Source: Octopus sinensis
Lineage: Eukaryota
Direction of reading: 5' to 3'
DNA: 64,000 bases
Assembly (NCBI RefSeq): GCF_006345805.1
Contig: NC_043008.1
Coordinates: 49,910,001-49,974,000 of the forward strand
Each line of letters begins with the position of its first letter. Position 1 is the stretch's first letter. The position numbers and the translations under genes were made by a program. This document shows positions 25,744 through 38,851 of this stretch, piece after piece. The notes under the pieces were generated by a model. It had not been told where the DNA came from. It saw only the letters and a list, made by a program, of their open reading frames with translations, and searched no databases.

Positions 25744-26787
25744 ATTGTGTACGTCAACAACAATCCTGGCATTACGTTTGAGTTTTACGAACCAAAAGAG
25801 AACACGTCTTCTAGCCATCACAATCAAACGCAACCGGGTGTATATGACACACCACAAAATCAACAGCCGTATCTACACAACGGTGAACTGAGAAGGCGCT
25901 ACCCTCCGTATGGCTCACAACAATACGCTTGGAAAAACACCGGCAGATATCAACATCGGGGCTACGCTCCTCCTAAAAATCGTTTACCTGGACATAACAA
26001 CATTAGTCATGCGACCTACTACAGAAGACCAAAGTTGCCTTACCATCGCCCTTCTCCGTATAATAGCCGACCATACAGACATTATCTACCAGGGGTGCCT
26101 CCTATCGTTCCTCCCAACACCCAGACAAGACTAACATCACGGGAGAACAGAACTAAAACACAGTTATACAACAACTGGAACCGAGGATTACGTCATCCAG
26201 TGATTATCCCTTCGAGAAATCCCGTTGATTACAATAGAGTTAATTATAGACATTATCCCAGGATAATTCCGAACCGAATAAACAACCGACACATCTATAA
26301 TCCCAGGATTAACAAACAACATTTTCCGAGAATCCCGCCAAGACACGACTATAAGAATAAACCTTTACTTCCGGGAAACAGAGATTTGAGTGTGAAACAG
26401 CACCCAAGATTTATTGAACACAGTGAGAAAATTAATTTACAGCACAGCACCGTTCCAGAAAAAAGAACTCATTTGATAGACGAAAATTCTAATACAGTAG
26501 AATTTTATGATTGGAAAATTGCTGGATTTACCGAATGCTCGAGGACATGCGGGGGTGGCATCCAACAAACCCGGATAGTCTGTGTCAAAATCAAAAGTCA
26601 AGTTACAGTGACAGCAGATAATTGTAACAATTCAACTGTGCCGGCGAAGCAAAAAGTCACATGTAACACGGGGCCTTGTCAGCCATCGTGGCAGACTGGC
26701 AACTGGTCTTCGTGCAGCACCAGTTGTGGGCCTGGCACCCAGACGCGAACCATAGAATGTACACAAATACTATCACCATCCACAACG
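25744..26787 (+). CDS. ADAMTS-like protein exon: end of spacer, 240-aa low-complexity insert, TSP1 repeat 1 and part of repeat 2
   Basis: Acceptor ttatctttgcag| and donor acg|gtgagt. 1044 nt, phase 0/0. IVYVNNNPGITFEFY...DWKIAGFTECSRTCGGGIQ...CNTGPC...WQTGNWSSCSTSCGPGTQTR. Confidence 0.95.
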
Positions 26788-27059
26788 GTGAGTAAAACAC
26801 TTTTTCATATACAATTTACACAATGTTTGAATGTTTAACAAATACAAACATAACTTGAAGTAGCATTCTTCCCTTTCATGGGACTGCCACATTAAGTTTA
26901 TCGGGCTGCTACTGCATAAATCTAAGAATGCTATTGCAAGAATGTTTAACAACAAGAGAAGATGAATGGAATTAATTGAAAAGTTAGATGAATGAGAAGC
27001 AGTCGTTCGTTTTGTTTGTTTTTTGTTAAAATCTTATATAAGATTTCTCTCCTTGTTTC

Positions 27060-27093
27060 TTTCTGTGGAAGAGCGTATGCTTGAAACGTTAAA
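27060..27093 (+). ncRNA. Minimal hammerhead-like fold, variant core
   Basis: TTT-CTGTGGA-A-GAGC-gtat-GCTT-GAA-ACGT-T-AAA. Same family as 31014-31051. Confidence 0.45.
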
Positions 27094-27781
27094 ATCGAAA
27101 GAAAAATACTACAGTGTAAGGTCGGAAAATTCTATTCATAATATTCCAGTGAATGTGGTGGCTGTACACGTGTTAATGCAGACAATAAATTTTACAGTTC
27201 AGTGTTTTGACAGTCGTAAATTTGGAGACTGCCGAATGCAAGCGTTTGCCCTTCGTCACGCTTCGCTTCTCACGTCACTAATCTTCTGTCTTTTCACTGT
27301 CCTCTTGTAAGGTAAGTTTTCGTAGAACCACGTGTGTTATGAACTCACATTGCCGAGGTAGAAGAGGCGTCCTTCGGTGGGGAAAGCAAACGCAATCAGA
27401 TACGTTAGAATCTTCTCCAGAACATGTTATGAATGAACTGACACGGTATAGCTTAATCAGAACCTTTCATTCCGTTGGTATTTTCGCAGACCTTATTCAA
27501 TCATCTGATACATCGTTGTTGCTTGTCATTGGTTAGTTTCTTACATGACGTCATCACATAATTGAAAAGATCCGGTTTCTGATTATGAAAATTTCCCCAG
27601 TTGGAAGAACAAAAAAAAATTCTAGTCCTGGTTCAAACTGAGGCAAAGACCTACAATAAATGGCAGAACCGGCTGAGCACCGGGGGAAAAAAATCACAAA
27701 AAACTTTGTGATATTTAACTGGATGCCTTTCAGTTCTAATTTAAAATCTGGTTGCGTTGAGTTTACCTTCCATCTTTTCTA

Positions 27782-27979
27782 CCGTATTTTCCGGCATACA
27801 GGTCGAATTTTCCAGACCAAATTTTGCAGCCAAAAATGGCAGATTGACTAATACACCAAAACGACTTTAGAGGACCAAAAATTCCACCTGAAAAGCAACG
27901 GGATTTGGAAATTTAGCGACGATGTTTGAATGCTTATATTACATGTTTATATTATAAACATGTATGCCAGAAAATACGG
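27782..27979. mobile_element. pogo/Tigger-type MITE
   Basis: TIRs ccgtattttccggcatac / gtatgccagaaaatacgg with TA on both sides. Confidence 0.8.
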
Positions 27980-29799
27980 TATCAAGATAAGATTAGGCAC
28001 CAGTTGCATACCGAAGGTGGCGATTCAATCAATAATTCTCACATATCTACAACGTGCAACCTTGCGCCAGTATTAGAAATTAATATCTTTATTTTCTTAT
28101 AATATTTGCTTTCTTAATAATTTCTGTCTCTACGTATCGATATCAATGGATCTCCACCAATTTCCACGATGACTCTTCAGCTGCTCGATCAACTAAATTG
28201 TCAGCTCATTGAATTAATGTGTAAGTGGCTGAGTATTCCATATGTACCCTTAGCGTAATTCTCAAGTAGAACCATCTTAGTGTGTGACAAGGTTTGAACT
28301 TTTAAATCGCGAGTGCTACCCCTTGACGGGTTTCTATATTGTTTCCATCTACCCTGTTTCACACACAAGGCTTGGGTAGACTTGAGGCTATGGTAAAAGA
28401 CGTTTGTCCAAAATTCCATGAAGTGAGATCGAAAATAAGGCGCGATGATTGTGGAAATAACGTTCTTATCCATTCAACCATTCTGGTCACTAAATATCTC
28501 AGTAGATAGAAGTTACTTTCTCAGAGAGATTTATACAGTAGCAGCACAATAACGTGATGGTGTGTTGCCAACTTAATATGGTAGTCCCATGAAAGGGAAG
28601 AATACTACTGCAATTCCTTGCAGTTTCAGTAAAAAGAAGTTTAATTTAGAAAGAAAAGGGGAAAAGAAAAACGAGACGTTCTGAAATAGTTTTTGGTCTC
28701 CCAACAACAATTAATACATTTAAATCGTCTAAGACTCACCATTCCAAGACTAAAGGAAAATGTGGCTCTAGAGAAACTTTAGCTGAAACGGTTTAAATAA
28801 ACAATTGCAACGTGTAAGGTGTTTATAAGCCATTTAACAAAAACACAAAAACCATCAGATTCACTTCAACATTTAAATTTAATTTGCCAAAATATTTTCG
28901 TCGCTTTGAGACCGCGACCTGTTCACTGACAAAATTCCGTGCTGCATCTGTGTAATCGACTTATCCCATTGCCTAGAATTGCTGGCCTTGTACCAAAATT
29001 AGAAACCATTTTGTCAGTGAACAGGTCGCGGTCAGAAAGCGACGAAAATATTTTGGCAAATTAAATTTAAATGTTGAAGTGAATCTAACGGTTTTTGTGT
29101 GTTTCTTAAATGGCTTTTAAACACCTTCCACGCTGCAATTGTTTTCGTTTCAGCACACGATCTAAGATCAGGTCACTTGCTATGCAAGTACATCTCCGGT
29201 TTAAATAAAGTACTCTTGTAAGTTCAAGCTAAGGTTTAAAACCACACTAATGAGGAAAAGGAACAATTAAGCAGTAATAATTTTTTTACCATAAGCACAA
29301 GACCTGGTGTTTTGTAGGAGGGGGGGGCTAGTCGGTTACATCGAATCCAGGGCTCAGCTGATACTTATTTTATCGACTCCGAAAAGATGAAAGGCAAAGT
29401 CAACCCTCGGTGGAATTTGAACTTACATGGAAGAACTGCAGCTGAGCATCTAGTCTGGCATGTTAACCACCCTGCCAGCTCAGCACCTTCCGTAAAGCAG
29501 AGTATTCAATTGGTTGTGTTGTTAACTAGCTTATTCTATCAGTTAATTAAGAGTCGGACGAAATGCTCAGCGGCACTTTCTTCTGGCTTTCTATTTTTTA
29601 GTTCAAATTTCGCCGTGGTTAATTTTACATTCCCTTCCTTCTGGGCCGATAAAATAAGTACCACTTGAGGACTGGCGTCTGTGTAATCGACTTATACCAT
29701 CGCCTAGAATTGCTGGCATTGTGCCAGAATTAGAAACAATTCTCAGATAGTGGGGGAAAAAAGCACTTCTGAAATTTAAGTATTCACTCCATCAATGAC

Positions 29800-30104
29800 G
29801 ACGATGAGGGTTCCAGTTGACCCGATCAACGGATCAGCGTGCACGTGAAATTAACGTACAAGTGGCTGAGCACTCCACAGACGCGCGTGCCCTTAATACA
29901 GTTCTCAAGGAGATTCAACATGACACAGAACGTGACAAGGCTGGCCCTTTGAAATACAGGTACAACTCATTTTTGCCAGCTGAATGAACTGGAGCAACGT
30001 GAAATAAAGTGTCTTGCTCAAGAGACACAACACGCTGCTGGGAAGCGAACTCGCGACCTTATGATCGTGAGCCGAATACGCCAACCTCTAAGCCAAGCGC
30101 CTTC
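29800..30104 (-). mobile_element. tRNA-derived SINE family C, near full length
   Basis: Minus-strand head gtgaaggcgcttggcttagagg...gagttcgcttccc, then gagcaagacactttatttcacgttgctcc. Related heads at 39131-39320 (+) and 62225-62370 (-). Confidence 0.8.
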
Positions 30105-30421
30105 ACAATTTCGGTATTAATTATCAAAGATTCTTTTGAAATTAGTCAGTAAAGCTAAGTTCTTTGATGGTTTATTTTCGGTGTGATCTGATTTTGATTC
30201 TTAGTTAATGACATTTTAATTACATCGCATAACATTACTGGAAATACGAGGAATATCAAATAACTCTCGCTGCACTCTCGCCTCCTTTGTGCATTTGGCT
30301 AAATATACATTCTCTTTAATTTATTAAGTGGCCGACTAACCTATTGCATACAAATCAGGACAGATATTGTTGAATTCTGTTAAGCCACTAATCTATCAAT
30401 CTCTCCATTGATATGTGTGTG

Positions 30422-30467
<46 letters not shown>

Positions 30468-31013
30468 ACAGGGTGATTCAAAAGTCGCCATACACAGGAA
30501 CATTTTTACCATTTTTTACCCCTCTGCGAAAAGATCTCAGAATTTTAATTGATTTGCTTTTCGCAGGAAGGAAAGTTTCTTGTCGAAGATACGTCTCGCT
30601 TTTATCCTTCGAAACGTAGAGTAGATGAAACCTTAGCGACTGAAGAAGGGGTTTTTTCGTTGTGTTAATTGTCCTGTACTCCATTTTTTGTTGTTTTTAA
30701 AAAAATGTCCAATTCCTTTGGTTTGTGTCTATGTTTTCGTTCCCCTTGTGTTCGACGTCCCTTTGGTGTCCTGTACTCATATATGCGTGTATATGTAGAT
30801 GTAGAGGTAGGTACGTACATATATGTTTATATATATGCATATGTTTTATTTCATTTGTTAATATATATATATATATGACGCTCAAAGGAGCGGAAATCTG
30901 GATTTAACAATTCCACCGCCGCTGCTTGATGCGTTTTGCTTGTTACCGATATACTTATGTTTCGCCATGATAGATCCCTAGCCACTACACATTCTTTATT
31001 TTCTCTCCTTGTT

Positions 31014-31051
31014 TCTTTCTGTGGAAGAGCGTATGCTCGAAACGTTAAAGA
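31014..31051 (+). ncRNA. Minimal hammerhead-like fold, variant core
   Basis: TCTTT-CTGTGGA-A-GAGC-gtat-GCTC-GAA-ACGT-T-AAAGA. 5-bp stem I and 4-bp stem II. A6 is U and there is one extra A. Confidence 0.55.
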
Positions 31052-31135
31052 CTTTTTCACTTCCCAAGCGTTATACTAATACATCTGTTTGTTATCTACA
31101 CCACCTGTCTTCGTCTTTTTTTTGTTGTGAATTCT

Positions 31136-31218
<83 letters not shown>

Positions 31219-31455
31219 ACGGAATACAGCACAGAATTTTGTCAATGAACAGGTCGCGGTTTCAAAGCAACGAAAATATTTTGACAAATTAAATCTAAAT
31301 GCTGAAATGAATCTAACGGTTTTTATGTGTTTTTAAATAGTATATAAACACCTTCCACGTTGCAATTGCTTTTGTTTCAGCACACGATTTCAAATCAAGT
31401 CACTTGCTATGCAAGTACGTCTCCGTTATATATATATATACATATATATATATAT

Positions 31456-31677
31456 AGTAGTAGTAACAGAAAAGAGGAATTTCGGTTGTCCCCACGTGGT
31501 GGATTGTAATGTATATAATAAAAAGAAAAACGGAAAATACGCACACTTACATGGTTATAGTAAATTAAAAATTATACTATAACCATGTAAGTGTGCGTAT
31601 TTTCCGTTTTTCTTTTTATTATATACATTACAATCCACCACGTGGGGACAACCGAAATTCCTCTTTTCTGTTACTAC

Positions 31678-31681
<4 letters not shown>
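31456..31681. repeat. Perfect 107-bp inverted repeat with 12-bp loop, flanked by (TA)n
   Basis: 31456-31562 is the exact reverse complement of 31575-31681. Confidence 0.95.
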
Positions 31682-31760
<79 letters not shown>

Positions 31761-32861
31761 TGTATGCATGTATGTATGTATATATATATATATATAACAT
31801 ATATATATATATATATATATATTTGTATGTATGTATATATATATGTATATAATTAAAATATTATCCCAGTGCAGTGATTTGGCAGAATCGCAAGAGCACT
31901 TTAGTATTTATTGTGTATCTTTATTCTCTTGAATGCTCAGATGGATGTGACGAATCCGTCAGCGTTTAGTTAGTAAGCCTGAGAGTCTTCTTAAGAAAGG
32001 CAATTCGTAAAAACATCGGAAGTAAGGCAAGAAAAAACTACTTTTATATTCTCCCACGAAAACTCCGTGAGATACACAAAGTGCTAGTTAACCGTTCGAC
32101 TAAAACACTAAATTTCATTGTTATTCCTGTAATTATGTTAAATATCCACCAAAGAAAACGAAAACTAGAAATGGTATTTTCTGCAAGTCACGTTCCCTCA
32201 ACAAACTTGACATATTTCAACAAGAAATATTTTCAAACATGCCATTCCTCAGTAAAAGAGAAATTGGTATATAGAACTGTTTTCCGCTGCTAAAGGTAAT
32301 CAAATTTTGAATGGATACACGTGATTTCTGCAGTAAAAGAGTTAAGGATGTCAGTAGAGGGTCATTCGTCAACCTGATGGCACAAAGATGAACGTTTAAT
32401 ACGCCCTACGTTTTGTAAGACGTTAAGGTATTATTTGAGAGATATTTGAGCGCAATTTTTATTCACTCAAACTACAAGACCAAGCTTCCTCCGTCAACCA
32501 AATTTCACTGAAAAGACCTTGGTCGACTCGAGACTACGGTAGAAGACACTTGGCCGATTAATACAAATCCCCAAAACGACGATAAGATAATAACATTATT
32601 AAGCTTGAGAGGTTTCTTAAGAAGGGCAATTTGTGATTTGTTCGTGAAGAAAGTCTGGTAGAGTGATGCATCGTCAGGCGATATCGACTAGCATTATGCA
32701 TGAAAACTTTCGGATATTCTTACATATGATGTCATTAAAATGTGATATCAAGTTTTGAAAGCTTAGTAAAGGATTAGTGACTTTGTTTTCACTTATTAAA
32801 CATTTTATATGAGGTTGAATAATTCTCTCGGTTTATTTTCCCTTGAGAAATAGTTTAAACA

Positions 32862-32906
<45 letters not shown>

Positions 32907-33291
32907 TGTATGTGTGCATGTATGTGTGTTGTTTTTATGATTGTATGTCTGTGCAACAAATTTCTACACCGCCTGCCGGCTATTTACGACACCAGTGATT
33001 TGTTAATCACTTTCTTCTATGTCAATAGAAGCTAAATTTGTCTTTGCATGTGACGCTCAAAGGAGCGGAAATCTGGATTTAACAATTCCACCGCCGCTGC
33101 TTGACGCTTTTTGTTTGTTACCGATATATTTATGCGTTTTTTAGCACTATACGTCCATACCAGAAGCCTTCTCGTGACGAATACTGCAGTCTTGAGAGTT
33201 TGTATAGAATATTCATATTAAGTAAGATATACAAAATGCTATTTGAACTAAAACTGCTTCCATCGATAATGACCAAGATAGATAGATAGAT

Positions 33292-33340
<49 letters not shown>

Positions 33341-33364
33341 ATGGATGGATGGATGGATGGATGG

Positions 33365-33420
<56 letters not shown>

Positions 33421-33892
33421 TGCGTGCGTGCGTGCGTGCATGTATTTAGCGGTTGTGTGTCATCTTCATAATTTTACGCCTGCTTTCCATGTTGGTATTG
33501 ATTGGACGGTTATCACAGTTCATGATCGATATCATCAGCGGTTATTGCCCTCCTAGATGGGTCGCTAGCCATATTTTAATTTTTGCGTGGTTTTTACAAT
33601 TGGATGCAGCTTTCTGATGCCAACCATGTTACAAAATCTACTGGACGTAATTCATCTTGGCACCAACACTAGAAGGGCTCTCATGTCTTCTGTTAGACCA
33701 AAGCGCAACCGCTTTACAGAATGCAGTGGGTTCATTTCATCAGTCCTACTAATGTTCCCTAATTCCTTGTAAACCTAGGTAGTCTCCTCTCTTCTATGTT
33801 GTGATCTAAAGCAGTGATTCTCAACCATTTTTTCCTATAGGCTCCTTTGATTCATGATTTATTTGTGGTGGGCGGGGCGGGAAGGCTCTCTT

Positions 33893-34282
33893 TTATTCTT
33901 TCACTTGTTTCAGTCATTTGACTGTGGCCATGCTGGAGAACCGCCTTTAGTCGAGCAAATCGACCCCGGGACTTATTCTTTATAAGCCTAGTACTTATTC
34001 TATCGGTCTCTTTTTGCCAAACCGCTAAGCTACGAGGACGTAAACACACCAGCATCGGTTGTCAAGCGATGTTGGGGGGACAAACACAGACACACAAACC
34101 TATACGCACACATACATATATACGACGGGCTTCTTTCCGTCTACCAAATTCACTCACAAGGCTTTGGTTGGCCCGAGGCTATAGTAGAAGACAATTACCG
34201 AAGGTTCCACGCAGTGGGACTGAACCCGGAACCATGTGGTTGGTAAGTAAGCTACTTACCACACAGCCACTCTTACGCTTAT
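33893..34282 (-). mobile_element. Full-length SINE family A nested in the MITE
   Basis: Colinear with 21177-21590, with a short internal microsatellite. Confidence 0.85.
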
Positions 34283-34291
34283 AAAAAAGAT

Positions 34292-34408
34292 ACTTACAGC
34301 ACCTAGGTTTCCAATGCGGTCACCCATCTAAGTACTAACTAGGCTCGATGTTGCTTAACTTCGGTGATCGGACGAGAACCGGTGCTTTCAACGTGATATG
34401 TCCGAGCC
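34292..34408 (-). pseudogene. 5S rRNA pseudogene, near full length, followed by T6
   Basis: Minus strand cggacatatcacgttgaaagcaccggttctcgtccgatcaccgaagttaagcaacatcgagcctagttagtacttagatgggtgaccgcattggaaacctaggtgctgtaag is recognisably 5S with several substitutions. TTTTTT follows within a few nt. Confidence 0.88.
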
Positions 34409-35150
34409 ATTTTATGTCTAAAAACTTTTAGTATATTCTTATAATTAAATATTATTAGGAACTGTATAAAAAAATTGTTGAAATATCTTTGTTGCACAAA
34501 CTAGTTTGTTGCACATAAGTTTAAACAAACAAAATCTTATATGAACCCCTAAGGGCCATATGAACCCCTAGGGGCCATATGGACTGTGGTTGAGAAACAC
34601 TGGTCTAAAGAGTGAATAGAAGAGAAGCTGATGACTGGAGAACCAGAGCGAATGGGTGAAAGAAGAGAGAAGCAGAAGTAAAAAAAAAAAGGAGGCCTTG
34701 AGCCAAAATTTGAAGGCAATATTTAATAGACGTGAATGCAATTAAAACAGAAGACGATGACAACATTTGGTGGTAGCAGCCGGGACACCAGAATATTTCT
34801 TTAGACTGAATCATAAGCTGACAATTTTCGTCATCACTGTTGTGATGGCGCCACTGTCGACCTGTAATTCGGCAAGTGTTTTGTTGTTGTTACTGCTACT
34901 GCTACTGTTGCTGTTGTTGTTGTTGTTGTTATGCGAGCGTTTACGCAGGATGTCGTCTGTTTGATTTGAAATGAGCACAACCAATCCTGGTTTGTAGCTT
35001 CTGTGACCCACCTATGAGGTCTTATATCGACGCACAGCGTGTTGAAAAAAGCTGTTGTTGAATAATAAAAAGGAAAAAATAGCCGGATAGGTTATGAAAA
35101 TGGGTGTTTCTACAAATGTACGTGTGTGTCCCTAGCGTGAGTATATATAA

Positions 35151-35201
<51 letters not shown>

Positions 35202-35547
35202 CTTTTATTTATTTCATTCATTATTCTGCGGCCATGCTGGGGCACCGCAATCTAATGACTGCGGTACTCATTCTATCGATTCTTTTGCCAAACGTTAAGT
35301 TACGGACACCGGTTGTCAAATGGAGTTGGTGGACAAACACACACACATACAACGGGCTTCTTTCAGTTTCCCTCTACCAAATCCACTCGCAAGGCTTTGG
35401 TCGGCTTGACACTTGCCCAAATGACATTCGTCCATTGAGCCATTGACCACTTCTGATAGTCTAGACATCATTTTTTCCCATTATCCAGAGATTAGCAATT
35501 ACAGCCTTCTCGTGGAATTCGCTTTTACTGCCGTAATTGGATGGTTT

Positions 35548-35763
35548 TTAGATACAACACGTTTCACTATTCTGCGATCCCTTCCGTCCGGAATAATGCT
35601 TTCCTGAGCAGGTTTTACCTTGCTTTTGGAATGCCAACATGATTTTAGAGACTGCACCGCTCGAAACATTAACTAATTGAGCAGTCTTAGTGATGGAAAC
35701 TCCAGCCAACCGAGTGCCAACAATTTGTCCTCTTTGGAAATTTGATCGGTCACACATTTTCAC
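35548..35763 (-). pseudogene. Tc1-like transposase N-terminal (HTH) fragment
   Basis: SNFQRGQIVGTRLAGVSITKTAQLVNVSSGAVSKI...GKT...SGRK. Confidence 0.8.
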
Positions 35764-36866
35764 TTATTTAGATACTAGCTTAAAAGCCGCACCCCGTGCA
35801 GACTTTTAAAGCTGGCTTCTGCTGTGGGCTAATTGATCCTGCGGCCCCCAAACTAAAGGGAGCTAAATAGCATGACTGTAATACGTTTATGGTGACTGTA
35901 TGTCCCGGTGGTGTTTGATCAGAGAATCGATTCTGTAATGCAACCATTCTATTGTTTCAGTCCCAAGTTGAATCGCAACTGTTGACCAATTTGTCTCAGA
36001 GTTCTAATCCTGACGTAAAATTAATGAAGCCAGTGTCATTTATCTCCCCCTTGATCTCTGACGTCATCTGACAAACGTCAACCAAGATGGCGTGAATCAG
36101 CCAAGTGCTTTTAAATCAGATCCCAATGCTGGATGCTCAAGAACTAAATGAGGGGCAGATATTCAATCCCGGGATCATTCTGATTCCAAAAAGGTGCAAT
36201 ATGTCTATATAGAGCAAATGTAGATCGGGATACAAGAGTCCCGGACGAACAGACAGAATATTGCTTTAATTAATATAGATTGATATCTGCAAAAGAAAAA
36301 TGGAGAAAGAAATTGAAAAACAGAGGGTTGCATCATAAAGTACAAGGCATGCATAATGCTTATAAACACACACATTGAACTTATTATAATGCCAGAAGAA
36401 AAGACAGATAGTCATATCAAATGTGTTGTGTCCATTATTGTATCCAACTCCTGTATATATGTGTGCGTTATCATCTACGTGCGTACGTACGTATATATTA
36501 TGTATATATATGCACGTATATCTATGTGTGCATATGCAGAAATTCTGTCTGCTTGATAGCCATACACCCGGGGGAGAGCTTACTATGAGTTATGTTTGAT
36601 TCTTTTAACCCCTTTTCCTGTGTTTTGAGTGTGTATGTGTGTGTTTGTGTGTGTGTGTGTGTGTGAGTTTGTTTGTATGTGTGTGTGTGTGGGGGGTATT
36701 TTGGCTGGAGGGTGTATGTATACATGTGTTTACTGCATATATGTAGGCTGACATACAATTCAGCGTATATGTGCATAGAGATATAGTATCTAGTAGTTTA
36801 TAGACCCGAATAAATATGTATACATATTCCAGAAGAAAGTAAGTGTTGTAAGCCTGGGTTATATAC

Positions 36867-36897
<31 letters not shown>

Positions 36898-36903
36898 ATA
36901 TTA

Positions 36904-36947
<44 letters not shown>

Positions 36948-37974
36948 TAGAGAGAGAGGCAGTATGAGGAGGTAGGAGGGTTTAAATTTCCACAGCTGTC
37001 TCCAATATGTTTTATCTGACTCCCTGCATCTAGATAAAACCTCGCTCTCCTCTTTGTACAAACTTGAACGCTGTGATTTCCTAATAACCTTTTTGATATG
37101 CATGTACGTACGTACGTACGTATGCATGTATGTATGTATGCATCTGTGTTTGTATGTATGTATGTATGTATGTATGTATGTATGTATGTATGTATGTATG
37201 TATGTATGTATGTATGTGTGGTGTGTATGTGCTTGCTCATCTGAAATATGTGCATATACATCCGTATATGAATGTAAATTTGTTTATGCAATATACATGT
37301 AAATATGTGCGCGTATCAAGATGTGTGTGTGCGTGTGTGTCTATATATGAGTTCATTCATGAATTTAAGAATACGTACATAGACGCACTCACAGACACAC
37401 CTATGTACATACACGCATATATACACATATATGCGTTTATGTGTGCATGCATACAACACACGCTAACAAACATGATTGTACACGTATGTACGTATATATA
37501 TATATTATATATATATATGTATATATACACACATATATATATATACATTACATATATATGTATACATACATATATATACATATACATATATATACATACA
37601 TATATATATACATATATATAAACATATACTTATACATATATATATACATATATATAAACATATACTTATACATATGTATATACATATGTATATACATACA
37701 TATATATATACATATATATACATGCATATATATAAATATACATATATATATACAATATATATATATGCATATATATATAGATATATACATATACATATAT
37801 ATACATTGTGTATATATATATATGCCATAATCAAGTTCCACCCACTCATATGCAAGCACACTCACATGTTTAAACTCGCATACATACATACATACATACA
37901 TACACACACACATTTACGTGTGTGTATGTGCACGCGCATATGTATGTATGTATATAATAATATATATTAGTATG

Positions 37975-38032
<58 letters not shown>

Positions 38033-38104
38033 ATTTGTATGTTTGTGTGTGTTTGTACATATATATAATGACATACATGTGATGTATGTATGCATGTATG
38101 TGCA

Positions 38105-38182
<78 letters not shown>

Positions 38183-38371
38183 GACGTGGTGTATTTTATG
38201 TGTGTATGCTTGTTGTTTTATGATATCCTTGAAACCCCCACTTTTATCTTCTGTGTAGCAACTTAATGTCCTCCCTGACACGTTGGTCTCTTGTTGCAAT
38301 CTTGACAAAGGAAAACCAACATATGGAGCCGAGTTAAAAGTTCCACAAACTATTGTGCACGCAGAAAAGTG

Positions 38372-38455
<84 letters not shown>

Positions 38456-38763
38456 GCTTAAACGTATGAAACCTTATGTATGGATATTTTATAAACCGCC
38501 ATGGGGACTATAATTAAGCTTTCTACAACCTACTCTACAATTGCGTGGGTGCACGCATTTACTCATGAATATATAAATGCACACATTCATTGTACATGTG
38601 TGGGCGTTGGGCGAAACTACGTGGACATTCCAGACTCCGACTGAACAAGCAATTGGCTGCGAATGATACGTATGTCTTATTTTGTCCCGTTTGCCGTTGT
38701 TATGCTATCGTCCTTTTCCGGCTTGTTACGTTTTGACGATTTCGTTTGCTGATTTTTTTACCT

Positions 38764-38851
<88 letters not shown>

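Larger units (their letters stand above)
33812..34602. mobile_element. hAT (Charlie-like) MITE containing a SINE and a 5S rRNA copy
   Basis: TIRs cagtgattctcaacc / ggttgagaaacactg. 8-bp TSD atctaaag / gtctaaag. Confidence 0.8.
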
